Made by a program: the position numbers and the translations under genes
Source of the DNA: a virus
Strand: one strand, 5' to 3'
IMG/VR virus record: IMGVR_UViG_3300045988_122521
Length of the DNA: 64,000 bases
The notes under the pieces: generated by a model
Told to the model about the DNA's origin: nothing
What the model saw: the letters and a program-made list of their open reading frames with translations, nothing else
Database searches by the model: none
Part shown: in pieces, positions 53,715-62,234 of the stretch
Layout of the letters: each line of letters starts with the position of its first letter
How positions within the stretch are numbered: the stretch's first letter is position 1

Positions 53715-53755
53715 GGTTTCCGTGCGCATTATTGTATATAATGCAAACGGAAACC
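53715..53755. repeat. Nested perfect palindrome
   Basis: GGTTTCCGT-GC-GCATTAT-TGTAT-ATAATGC-AA-ACGGAAACC, with a TATAAT hexamer at the inner loop/right-arm boundary. Confidence 0.8.
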
Positions 53756-53820
53756 ACTTTTCCTTGCAAGTTTTCTTGCGTTCCGGGTTTTAGAGGCGTT
53801 CCGTCCGTTCTCATAGCAGG

Positions 53821-54090
53821 GGTTCGCCGCCCTCGGCGGTGTGGCGGTCGGTGTCTGGCGGATGGTCAAGGCGTGGCCCTGCTCCCGCTCCGCCTGCCGC
53901 CTGTCTCTGCGCCGGTGGCTGTTGGCCCCGAACATTGGCCGCGGGGTGACTCCTCTCCCCTCCTCCCTCCGCCGCTCTTTTTCGGTGGAGATGGTCGCCC
54001 GCTGGTGGTGGCTGCTCTGCTCTGGTGCTCTCCTTCTCCGGCTGTCCTGTTGGGGGCTTTGGCTCTCGGTTCTTCTCTGCTGGGGGTGGT
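53821..54090 (+). other. A-depleted tract (9 A in 270 nt on the plus strand)
   Basis: Direct count of lines 53821-54090. G/C/T-only runs up to ~110 nt. Confidence 0.8.
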
Positions 54091-54399
54091 TATATACGGT
54101 AGTATATTTAAGTGTTTTCAACCGCGCCCGCAATTAACGCGCGCGCACGCGTGAGGGGCTGCCGCTGCTCTTTCCCGCTCCTTTGCCCTCTGCGGGGCCG
54201 CTGGCGGCGTTTTAGCCTGGGGTCTGGTGTCGGGGCATTCCTTCGACGCTTGGAAAGCGTGGCGGGGCGTTTCTGCCCGTTTTCTATATTTCCGGCGGCA
54301 TTGTCAAAAATCCGCACGGGCATAAAATTAGCGCCGCTGGGGCGGTTTTGGTTCCGTCCTGGCGGTGCTGGTTTGGGCTCTTCGGTTGTCTGTTTTGGG

Positions 54400-54675
54400 T
54401 CAGGCGGTGACGATCTCGGCGGGGCTGGGGCTGCCGTGGAAGTCTCCGGCCCACGCCTGATATATTGCGCCGTGTTCCCCTACTGCCGTTACCCATCCGC
54501 GCACGGTGGCGGCCATACGGCACGGGACGCGGGGCCAGCGGCGGCCCACGTCAAGCCAGATTTGCAGGCCGTCCGCTGCTGCGGCTCTGATCTCCGCGGC
54601 GGTGTATAGCTGTGCTTTACCCTCTGGGGCGATGTTGTACAGGGTTCCCGGGCTGGTGGTGTTGTTGGTCGTCAT
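54400..54675 (-). CDS. Hypothetical protein
   Basis: 91 aa, RBS GGAAGGAGA. Last gene of the sigma operon. Confidence 0.6.
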   Translation of the reverse strand: MTTNNTTSPGTLYNIAPEGKAQLYTAAEIRAAAADGLQIWLDVGRRWPRVPCRMAATVRGWVTAVGEHGAIYQAWAGDFHGSPSPAEIVTA

Positions 54676-54718
54676 GGTGTCTTGTCTCCTTCCTGCGCCT
54701 TGCTGGGCGCGTCCGTGG

Positions 54719-54979
54719 TTAGTCCTCTATGATCTCGCAGCAGATGCCGCCGTCCAGGCTCTGGCATACGATGCCCGCGCCGTATCGCCTTAAAAAGTCG
54801 TTCAGCTCGTCCCGGTCAAGGTACCTTTCCCCTTGGTCGTCCTCGGTGTACCAGTGTTCCACGGCGGCGAAAACGTGGATTTCCTCCGGGTAGTATAGGC
54901 CGATGTATTCGGCCAGCTCTTCCAGGTTGCGGAACTCCAAAAAGCGCCCCGCCTCCTGTTTCTGCTCGGTCCTGCTCAT
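54719..54979 (-). CDS. Hypothetical acidic protein
   Basis: 86 aa, ATGA coupling to the sigma gene. Confidence 0.6.
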   Translation of the reverse strand: MSRTEQKQEAGRFLEFRNLEELAEYIGLYYPEEIHVFAAVEHWYTEDDQGERYLDRDELNDFLRRYGAGIVCQSLDGGICCEIIED

Positions 54980-55584
54980 GCTTCCGCCTCCTCTCCCTGC
55001 TGGGCGTGGTAGCGCTCCCGCATAGCCCGCAGCCGCTTAGATACGGCTTGATGACTCATCATCAGGGCCGCGCCGATCTCCTCGACGGTGTAGCCCTTGG
55101 CGGTCATGGTCAATATAACGCGGTCGGACTGGTCGCGGGCGACGCTCTCCACGCTCTCGCGGATGATGGCGGCGCTTTCGGGGCTGGGGGCCACGGCGTC
55201 ACACGCCGCGCCGCCCTCCGTGTCGATCTGCCAGCGCTCCGCGCCGTCGTCGTCTACGGTGGCGGAGATGGCGCGGGCGTGTCTCTGCTCCGCTCTGCTG
55301 ATGCTGTGCGCGGCCTGGGCCGCTGCGCGGTACAGGATTACAGACAGCGGCGCGGGGTCCTCCTGCGTCTCGTTGCGCGTCAGGGCGGCGGGGATCCGCG
55401 TCCAGGCATCGGCGGCGACGGTCTGCGCGTCGTCCTCCGTCTCAATCCATGCCGCGCCCGTCTGGTTGCGGGCCTCCGCGCGGCGGCGGACGGTCCAGGC
55501 CATCGCCACCAGCGCGTCAAACTGCCGCTCTCCGGTCATCTGCGCCCATTCGGCGCGGGCGGTCTTGGTGTTAATCTTAGTCAT
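54976..55584 (-). CDS. Sigma-70-family (ECF-like) sigma factor
   Basis: 202 aa. C-terminal region-4 HTH LTMTAKGYTVEEIGAALMMSHQAVSKRLRAMRE. RBS AAGGAGGAAA. Confidence 0.65.
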   Translation of the reverse strand: MTKINTKTARAEWAQMTGERQFDALVAMAWTVRRRAEARNQTGAAWIETEDDAQTVAADAWTRIPAALTRNETQEDPAPLSVILYRAAAQAAHSISRAEQRHARAISATVDDDGAERWQIDTEGGAACDAVAPSPESAAIIRESVESVARDQSDRVILTMTAKGYTVEEIGAALMMSHQAVSKRLRAMRERYHAQQGEEAEA

Positions 55585-55710
55585 GGTTTGTTTCCTCCTT
55601 GATTTTTTGCCTCATTCCGGTTATACTCAAGGCGGCGGGGGTAAGGCTCCCCGCTCACCTTTTGGTGTGGGTCTGCGGTGTGCTTTGGTCGGCGATCCGC
55701 AGGCCCTTTT

Positions 55711-55836
55711 TTATTCGGCCTTAGCGGCCCTAATCATTCGGGCAGCTTCTTCCGGTGTGGTCGCGGTGGTTTCCACCAGCCGCGCCAGCGTTTCCAGAAA
55801 CGCGTTAAACTCGGCGTTCGTCATCCCGTCGGGCAT
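55711..55836 (-). CDS. 41-aa protein (below ORF-track cutoff), first gene of the sigma operon
   Basis: Manual call: RBS GGAAGTGAGGAA. MPDGMTNAEFNAFLETLARLVETTATTPEEAARMIRAAKAE. Confidence 0.5.
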   Translation of the reverse strand: MPDGMTNAEFNAFLETLARLVETTATTPEEAARMIRAAKAE

Positions 55837-55892
55837 TTCCTCACTTCCTTTCAAAAGAGGCTCGCGGTTTTTTCCTCTGCCTTACATTTAAT

Positions 55893-55921
55893 ATTATAAA
55901 CTGTGTGGTTTATTTTTTCAA
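55893..55921 (-). promoter_or_regulatory. Near-consensus sigma-A promoter for the sigma operon
   Basis: Minus sense TTGAAA-17 nt-TATAAT. The spacer contains CCACACA. Confidence 0.55.
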
Positions 55922-55962
55922 TTGTATAGTTTAACAAAATATTTATCTTTTATTTGTGTGGC

Positions 55963-55991
55963 TTGACAAAAGCAATAAAATAGTTTATTTT
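55963..55991 (+). promoter_or_regulatory. Promoter for the plus-strand HTH gene
   Basis: TTGACA-17 nt-TATTTT, preceded by TGTGTGG. Confidence 0.55.
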
Positions 55992-56050
55992 GGTTGCAAA
56001 ATGACGGCCCGCCGGTAGACTATACAGCGAGGCCGCAGGAGGTGAAAGAA

Positions 56051-56311
56051 ATGCAGACATCAAAACTTATCCGGCGCGTGCTTCTTGAACAAGACTTTAA
56101 CGCCGCCCAGTTGGCGGCAAAAATCGGAACAAGCCCGCAGAACTTGGGGCAAAAGCTCCGGCGTGATAGCTGGAGCGTTTCGGATCTGGCCGACATTGCC
56201 GCCGCCCTGGGCTGCGGCTTCTCCGTGTCCTTCCACCTGCCGGACGGTCAGACGTTGAGCGCAGAGCAGCCCGCCCCCACCAGCGACACCGGCACCACCC
56301 CCAACACCTGA
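56051..56311 (+). CDS. XRE-family HTH regulator
   Basis: ATG 56051 (RBS AGGAGGTGA). LLEQDFNAAQLAAKIGTSPQNLGQKLRRDSWSVSDL. Confidence 0.8.
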   Translation: MQTSKLIRRVLLEQDFNAAQLAAKIGTSPQNLGQKLRRDSWSVSDLADIAAALGCGFSVSFHLPDGQTLSAEQPAPTSDTGTTPNT

Positions 56312-56346
56312 ACAGCGCCCCGCGCTTTTTGCGGGGAAACAAGAAC

Positions 56347-56380
56347 AGCGCCCCCAGAAATTTTCTGGGAGCGCTTTTTT
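56347..56380 (+). terminator. Rho-independent terminator after the HTH gene
   Basis: AGCGCCCCCAG-AAATTTT-CTGGGAGCGCT followed by T6. Preceded by a second hairpin CCCCGC/GCGGGG. Confidence 0.7.
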
Positions 56381-56412
56381 CATGCCCTGAACAGGGCGGA
56401 AAGGAGAACACC

Positions 56413-56847
56413 ATGCAGAATCTTTTGAAATTTGAGGACATCCGCACCGGCGGCGCGTATATCGCCGTTACCACCTCCGGCGACCTGTTCGCCGCCAGCT
56501 ACAGCGAGGATCATAAAAATATGTTCTTCGCCATCCCGTCAACGTATCAGATCGCAGGGTATCGCCCCGCCGACCTGGACGAGGGCGACCGCGTGCGCGT
56601 CCACCTGTACGACAACAGCGGGCGGGAGATCGTGACGCGCCATTTCGGCGACGTGTTCACCGTCCGGCGGGAATCCGGGCGGCTGGGCATCGACTGGAAC
56701 ACCGAGCGCAGCCCCTACACCAGCCGCGGCGAGGTGTTCGCCCCGCTTTCCACCTTTGCACCCTCCGTCATCTTCGAGCAGATCGGCACGGGGTATAAAT
56801 TCTATTGGGACAACATCACGAACAGCATCAAGCGAAAGGAGCGCTAA
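56413..56847 (+). CDS. Hypothetical protein
   Basis: ATG 56413 (RBS GGAAAGGAGAA), 144 aa. Confidence 0.7.
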   Translation: MQNLLKFEDIRTGGAYIAVTTSGDLFAASYSEDHKNMFFAIPSTYQIAGYRPADLDEGDRVRVHLYDNSGREIVTRHFGDVFTVRRESGRLGIDWNTERSPYTSRGEVFAPLSTFAPSVIFEQIGTGYKFYWDNITNSIKRKER

Positions 56848-56851
56848 AAAA

Positions 56852-56953
56852 ATGACTCTAATTTCATACATCGTCACCGCCACCGGCGCCGCCACTCTGG
56901 CGGCGTTTTTTGTTCGCCTGCTGGATCGCATCGACCGCCCCGGCAAGCGCTGA
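56852..56953 (+). CDS. 33-aa hydrophobic peptide
   Basis: Manual call: MTLISYIVTATGAATLAAFFVRLLDRIDRPGKR. Weak SD (AAAGGAGCG 9 nt upstream). Confidence 0.35.
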   Translation: MTLISYIVTATGAATLAAFFVRLLDRIDRPGKR

Positions 56954-57070
56954 ACAGCCGCTCCGCCGCCTCTGGGGAGTTGGGCGCACCAGCTCCACCC
57001 CAGCGAGAAAAGTAAATTTTGCCGCCCGTGTTTACACGGCGGCGCATACTGAAAACAGGAGGAACACCAC

Positions 57071-58357
57071 ATGAACACCATCAAAACCGAGTCCATCCGT
57101 TTCTATTGGAACGGGATCAAGATCAACGGCGGAAAACTGACCCGCTGCGGGTACTACACCAGCGACACCGAGACCAGCGCCAGCGTTACCATCTTCGCCC
57201 GCGATTGCGGCCGCCTGCCCCGCGACCTGTTCGCCGTTAAAAATGATACAGACCTTTACACCGACTATTTCGACAGCGACCGCGCCACCCTAACCCCCGA
57301 ACACCCGCTCTACAAGTACGCCCGCGCCGCCGCCCTGAAGTCCGCCATGCGCGGCGAGCCGGAGTATATAGCCCATCTGGAACAGGCGGAACAGGACGCC
57401 AAGACCCCCGGCCGCTACCATTGGCGCAGCGCGGACGCCATCCGCGCCGAGATCGACCAGCGGCAGGCGCAATTTGACCGCAACGCCGCCGAGCTGGCCA
57501 CGCTGCCCAAGGGACACCCCACCGCCGCCGACGTGGAAGCCGTCCACGAGATGAACACCGCCGCCGAGTCGGCGCGGCTGGCGCGTGAACACGCCGAACA
57601 GCTGGAACGCCGGGAAAAGGCCATCCGCACCCGCAACGAGAACCGCGCTTTCATCGAACAGACTGCCGCCGCACACCCCATCAAGGACGGCGCCCCGGTC
57701 GTCACCGTAGAATGGAGCGAAAACGGCGCTTTTGATGATGGTATGAAATTCTCCGTCGCCGCCGCCGAGATCATTTTCAAGACGCTGGACGAAAAAATTT
57801 CCGCCGGTCAGGAACGCGGCTATGACAAAACCAGCTTTTCCATTGCGTATACCGACGCCGACGGCGAGCCGAGCACCTATGAAGGGCGCTATGATCTGGG
57901 TGACAACGACGGCGGGCTCATCGCCCACATTCGCAGCTTTGGCGCGTTCCTGCGCGACAAGGGCAATTTTGGCAGCGGCAAGCCCACCGACGAGGAAAAG
58001 GAGACCGGCGCGGCCATCGTTGCCGTGGCTGACCTGCTGGAACAGTACACCGAGGGCGGGCGCGTGGTCTCCGTCATGCCCGCGCCATGGCTGGAAGAAT
58101 GCCAGCGCCGCAAGGCTGAACAGGCACAGCAGGAGCAGGAACAGGCCCGCCAGGACTTCGCCGACATTCTGGAATCGGTGCAAATGCTGACGGATGAACA
58201 GATTGAACGTGCTGTTTTCGCCATCAGCCCCACCGACGCGAAAAAGCTGGACGTGGCCCGCTTCTTCCTGCAGGAGCTCAGCCGCCGCGACGAGGCAAAC
58301 GCCCTGGCGGTGTTCCGTCGCTGGAAGCGCGGCGAAAATCCCGAACAGCCCGACTAA
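57071..58357 (+). CDS. Hypothetical 428-aa protein (globular ends, Ala/Glu-rich coiled-coil centre)
   Basis: RBS AGGAGG. Ends ...PEQPD. Confidence 0.75.
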   Translation: MNTIKTESIRFYWNGIKINGGKLTRCGYYTSDTETSASVTIFARDCGRLPRDLFAVKNDTDLYTDYFDSDRATLTPEHPLYKYARAAALKSAMRGEPEYIAHLEQAEQDAKTPGRYHWRSADAIRAEIDQRQAQFDRNAAELATLPKGHPTAADVEAVHEMNTAAESARLAREHAEQLERREKAIRTRNENRAFIEQTAAAHPIKDGAPVVTVEWSENGAFDDGMKFSVAAAEIIFKTLDEKISAGQERGYDKTSFSIAYTDADGEPSTYEGRYDLGDNDGGLIAHIRSFGAFLRDKGNFGSGKPTDEEKETGAAIVAVADLLEQYTEGGRVVSVMPAPWLEECQRRKAEQAQQEQEQARQDFADILESVQMLTDEQIERAVFAISPTDAKKLDVARFFLQELSRRDEANALAVFRRWKRGENPEQPD

Positions 58358-58420
58358 AAAATCCACATCCCCACCACGAACAGCCCGCCCCGGAGGTCAC
58401 GAGGGCAGAAAGGAAACAAA

Positions 58421-58771
58421 ATGAACGACCGCACCGCCGCCACCGCCGCCCGCTTTGGCATTACGGAACAGTGCGCCGCGCTGGAGCGCGACCTGCTGGA
58501 CATTCCCTGCGCCGTCGAGGTGGAATTTGACCTTGATGGATTCTATGACCACCTGCAGCAGGTGATCCTGCTGGTGAAATTCGACATTCCCGCCGCGAAC
58601 AGGGACTATTTCCGCGACCTTGCCACCCTGCGTCAAGGCGTGATCGACACCGCCGCCGCGCACGGCCTGACTCGCACCCCAGACACCATCGAGAACTACG
58701 GCGAGCACCTGTATTTCGTTTTCCACCACGGCAGCACATGGGACCACCCCATGACCGAACAGCCCGACTAA
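58421..58771 (+). CDS. Hypothetical acidic protein
   Basis: 116 aa. Ends ...TEQPD, with the same 17 nt as the previous gene. Confidence 0.7.
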   Translation: MNDRTAATAARFGITEQCAALERDLLDIPCAVEVEFDLDGFYDHLQQVILLVKFDIPAANRDYFRDLATLRQGVIDTAAAHGLTRTPDTIENYGEHLYFVFHHGSTWDHPMTEQPD

Positions 58772-58796
58772 ACCACTACAGCAAGGAGGAAACCGC

Positions 58797-59171
58797 ATGA
58801 ACACCGAACGCAAAAACTGGATTTGCACCGATCCCGACTGTGCCCAATACCGCCGCCAGGCGCCGGAACACGGCCACAACGTCTTTGAGCTGGCACAGGT
58901 AAACCAATACGGCGCCGGCCTGTTCCGCGTCGCCCACGGTTTTGTCTATCTCGACAACGACTTAGACGGGCGCGAGCGCGACTCGCTGTGCGAGCTGTAC
59001 GACTGGGACACAGAGATCATCAACAGCCCCGACTTCAACGCGATTTTGGCCGAGACAGTTTTCGAGACATCCGCCCCAGAGTACGACACCGACGCAGAAT
59101 TTCCCACCTATACGAACGCCGCCCAGGCATTAGGCCGACTCATAGGTGTTGACGTTTCCGCCATCATCTGA
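58797..59171 (+). CDS. Hypothetical acidic protein
   Basis: 124 aa, RBS AAGGAGGAAA. Confidence 0.7.
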   Translation: MNTERKNWICTDPDCAQYRRQAPEHGHNVFELAQVNQYGAGLFRVAHGFVYLDNDLDGRERDSLCELYDWDTEIINSPDFNAILAETVFETSAPEYDTDAEFPTYTNAAQALGRLIGVDVSAII

Positions 59172-59192
59172 ACAACGAAAGGAGAAATCACC

Positions 59193-60023
59193 ATGTCCAC
59201 CATCAAGTATCCCATCCCGGAGGCGTCCGCCGCCCGCGCCCACTGCGCCGCCATCGCTGCCAATGCCGCCGTTTTGAAAGACGTTATCACCGGCGACCCC
59301 ACCAGCGACACCGCTACCAACGCCATTTCCGCCATCCGCCACAGCCTGGACGAGCTGGAAGCCTACGCCGAACAGCGCCGTCAGGAAAACAGCGAACAGC
59401 GCGACGATACCCCCTATAAGCACGTCTATTTCCGCCTGAACTCCGGTTATGTATGGGGCAAGGGAATGGACCAGGACAAGACCGAGAATTTCTATAGCGA
59501 CATTTTGACCCTGTTCGCCGCCGAAGGCTGGACGATCACCCAGCCGTACCGGAACGGCAACGGCGCCGCCGTCGCCAATGGGAACAGCTCCCTTTATATC
59601 CACCCCCAGGCGGTCAGCGGCTACGTCACCGAGGATTTGATCCCCGCCGTTTCCGCCGCGCTGGAACACGGCTGCACCTTCCAGCACTACGCCACCGACA
59701 TCTACGATACCGCCTATAACTGGACGGCCCGGCAGTACCGGGACTATCTGCACAGCAAGCGCGGCGACATCAACGCCGCCCTGCTGGAAGCCTTCAAAAC
59801 GCCCCGGCGCAACCTCTATAAATTCGACTACAACGCCCTGCCCGTGGTCATCAGCAAATTCCACGTCCAGCGCCTGGACGGGCAGAACGGCCATTGCACC
59901 GGCGACATCACCGAGCAGGTCATCCGCGAAATGTTCACCGCCCTTGTGAACACCGGCAGGATCGACAAGGGCGAGACCAAACACGGCCCCGCCTACCGCA
60001 CCGCCCCCAAGCGGCGCACATGA
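59193..60023 (+). CDS. Hypothetical protein
   Basis: 276 aa, RBS AAAGGAGAAA. Confidence 0.7.
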   Translation: MSTIKYPIPEASAARAHCAAIAANAAVLKDVITGDPTSDTATNAISAIRHSLDELEAYAEQRRQENSEQRDDTPYKHVYFRLNSGYVWGKGMDQDKTENFYSDILTLFAAEGWTITQPYRNGNGAAVANGNSSLYIHPQAVSGYVTEDLIPAVSAALEHGCTFQHYATDIYDTAYNWTARQYRDYLHSKRGDINAALLEAFKTPRRNLYKFDYNALPVVISKFHVQRLDGQNGHCTGDITEQVIREMFTALVNTGRIDKGETKHGPAYRTAPKRRT

Positions 60024-60044
60024 ACAGAAAGGAGGAACCACGCC

Positions 60045-60266
60045 ATGCCCACACGACCCGCCATCCGCACCGATACCACCGAACAGGAGCGCCAGCACCT
60101 TCTGGCCGTCGCCGCCGCCCTGCGCACCGCCGCGCCGTATCTGAGCCGTGAACAGCGCCAGCACCTCCGCCAGACGGCGGATCGCTGCATCGAACACCAC
60201 CGCCGCACGGCCCACACCGCCGAGCTGGCCGCGCTCATCGCCCAGCGCGACGCCCTCACCGCCTGA
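60045..60266 (+). CDS. Hypothetical small protein
   Basis: 73 aa, RBS AAAGGAGGAA. Confidence 0.6.
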   Translation: MPTRPAIRTDTTEQERQHLLAVAAALRTAAPYLSREQRQHLRQTADRCIEHHRRTAHTAELAALIAQRDALTA

Positions 60267-60302
60267 ACACCAAACCAAAAATCTACAAGGAGGCCACCGC
60301 CC

Positions 60303-62204
60303 ATGTTTACCTACGCCACCAAGAAAAACCGTTACGGTGATGAACACATCGCCGTATTTGCCAACGGCTCCCAGATTGCCGAGATCAAGCCAAGCTCCTA
60401 CTATGGCAAAAATGAGTACATCGTCAGCGCCACCATCGGCGACGACGACCGCGGCGACTGCCTGGGCCGCACCTCCACCATCGCCGGGGCGAAAAAGAAG
60501 GTACGCGCCTGGTACAGCGAACACAGCGACGCCGTGGCCGCTGCCGCAGCGAACAGCCGCGCCGCCGATCTCCGCCGCCTGCCCTCCTTCGACAACAGCG
60601 GCTTTTACCCCACCCCATCCAAACTGGCGGGGAAAATGCTCGCCTGCGTGTCCTGGGAAGGCGTCTATGCCATCCTGGAGCCCTCTGCCGGAAAAGGCGA
60701 CCTGGCCGACGCCGTAGATCGCCACATCCGCGCCCGCCGGAATAAGATCAGCAGCCGTATTTATATCGACGCCGACGAGCCGTATCTGGACTGCATCGAG
60801 CGCGACAGCGACCTTGCTGCCCTCCTGCGCGGCAAGGGGCGGCACGTGGTCCACGACGATTTTCTCACCTTCCGCAGTTGCAAGCAGTACGACCTCTGCA
60901 TCATGAATCCGCCCTTCGACAACGGCGACGAACACCTTTTACACGCCCTGTCCATCATGGAGCGCGGCGGCCAGATCGTCTGCCTGCTGAACGCGGAAAC
61001 CATACGCAATCCCTACACCAACCGCCGCAAAATTCTCTTGCATCAGCTGCGCGAACACAGTGCCCGCATTGAATTCATTGAAAACGCCTTCCGCCATGCC
61101 CAGCGCCCCACCGACGTGGAGATCGCGCTGGTCTATGTGAACATACCAAAAAAAGAAGTCCCCAGCGACATCCTGTCCTCCCTCCGCCGCGCCATCGAAA
61201 AGAGCACCCCAAACAGTGAACAGGCCACCGGCCTCGCCTCCGCCGACTGGCTTCAGAACATGATCGACGGCTACAACTTCGAGGCCGCCCTGGGCGAAAA
61301 ACTCATCAACGAGTTCGCCGCCCTCTGTCCCTACATGGACCCAGGCAACCAGCACGGCGAGCCCCTGTTGTCCCTCAAAGTGGGCGACAGGAACACCGGC
61401 AACAACGCAACTCTGCTGAACGCCTACCTATGCGGCCTGCGCGCCAAATATTGGGGAAACCTCCTCCAGCGTCCCGAACTCACCAGCAAAATGACCTCCG
61501 CCATGCAGCAGGACTACAACGGCAAGGTCAATTCCCTTTCCGAGTACGACTTTTCCCGCTACAACATCGAAACCGTCATGCGGGAGATCGCCCACCAGCT
61601 TTCCCGCGGCGTCGAGGATTCCATTCTTGAGCTGTTCGAGACATTCTCCGCCAAGCATTCCTGGTACCCGGAGTGCGCCAACAACATCCATTACTATAAC
61701 GGCTGGGCGACGAACAAGGCCCACAAGGTGGGTATGAAGGTCATCATCCCCTCCAACGGCTGCCACGCCTCCTATGGCGGCGGTCTGGACGCTTGGCGGG
61801 TAAGCAGCCTCATATCCGATTTGGAGCGGGCAATGAACTATCTGGACAGAGGCGAAACCTCGTTCCACACGCCCATAGACCACGCCGTCCGCATCGCCAA
61901 CGAAGCCTACACCAACAAGGCAGATTTCACCTATTTTACCTGCACCTTCTACAAAAAGGGCACCTGCCACATCAAGTTTAAGCCGGAGGCGTCCCGCATC
62001 ATCGACCGTCTGAACATCTTTGCCGGTCAGAAAAAGAACTGGCTGCCGCCCACCTACGGCAAAAAGCACTACGCCGACATGACCGCCGAAGAACAGGCCG
62101 TCATTGATGACTTCCAGGGTGCCGAGTCTTACGAAAAGACCATCGCCGACCCCTCCATGCTCATCACCTCCGGCAGCGCCCTCATGGCGCTGCCCGGAAT
62201 GTGA
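60303..62204 (+). CDS. Orphan SAM-dependent DNA methyltransferase (NPPF) with large C-terminal DUF4942-like domain
   Basis: Motif I ILEPSAGKGDLA, motif IV IMNPPFDNG. No cognate nuclease is adjacent. Confidence 0.8.
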   Translation: MFTYATKKNRYGDEHIAVFANGSQIAEIKPSSYYGKNEYIVSATIGDDDRGDCLGRTSTIAGAKKKVRAWYSEHSDAVAAAAANSRAADLRRLPSFDNSGFYPTPSKLAGKMLACVSWEGVYAILEPSAGKGDLADAVDRHIRARRNKISSRIYIDADEPYLDCIERDSDLAALLRGKGRHVVHDDFLTFRSCKQYDLCIMNPPFDNGDEHLLHALSIMERGGQIVCLLNAETIRNPYTNRRKILLHQLREHSARIEFIENAFRHAQRPTDVEIALVYVNIPKKEVPSDILSSLRRAIEKSTPNSEQATGLASADWLQNMIDGYNFEAALGEKLINEFAALCPYMDPGNQHGEPLLSLKVGDRNTGNNATLLNAYLCGLRAKYWGNLLQRPELTSKMTSAMQQDYNGKVNSLSEYDFSRYNIETVMREIAHQLSRGVEDSILELFETFSAKHSWYPECANNIHYYNGWATNKAHKVGMKVIIPSNGCHASYGGGLDAWRVSSLISDLERAMNYLDRGETSFHTPIDHAVRIANEAYTNKADFTYFTCTFYKKGTCHIKFKPEASRIIDRLNIFAGQKKNWLPPTYGKKHYADMTAEEQAVIDDFQGAESYEKTIADPSMLITSGSALMALPGM

Positions 62205-62234
62205 GCGAACACCACACGAAAGGAGCACCACACC

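Noticed and set aside
54001-54008. Exact E. coli Chi octamer GCTGGTGG
   Set aside because: A single occurrence in a G/T-rich tract. The host is inferred to be a Firmicute, whose AddAB Chi sequence differs. Most likely chance.
53729-54137. ORFs across the A-depleted tract (minus, 134 aa, Arg/Gln/Glu-rich; plus, 98 aa, Trp/Leu/Cys-rich)
   Set aside because: No credible start/RBS combination, extreme amino-acid composition, many AGA/AGG codons. Kept as a compositional anomaly rather than annotated as genes. The minus-frame basic protein cannot be fully excluded.
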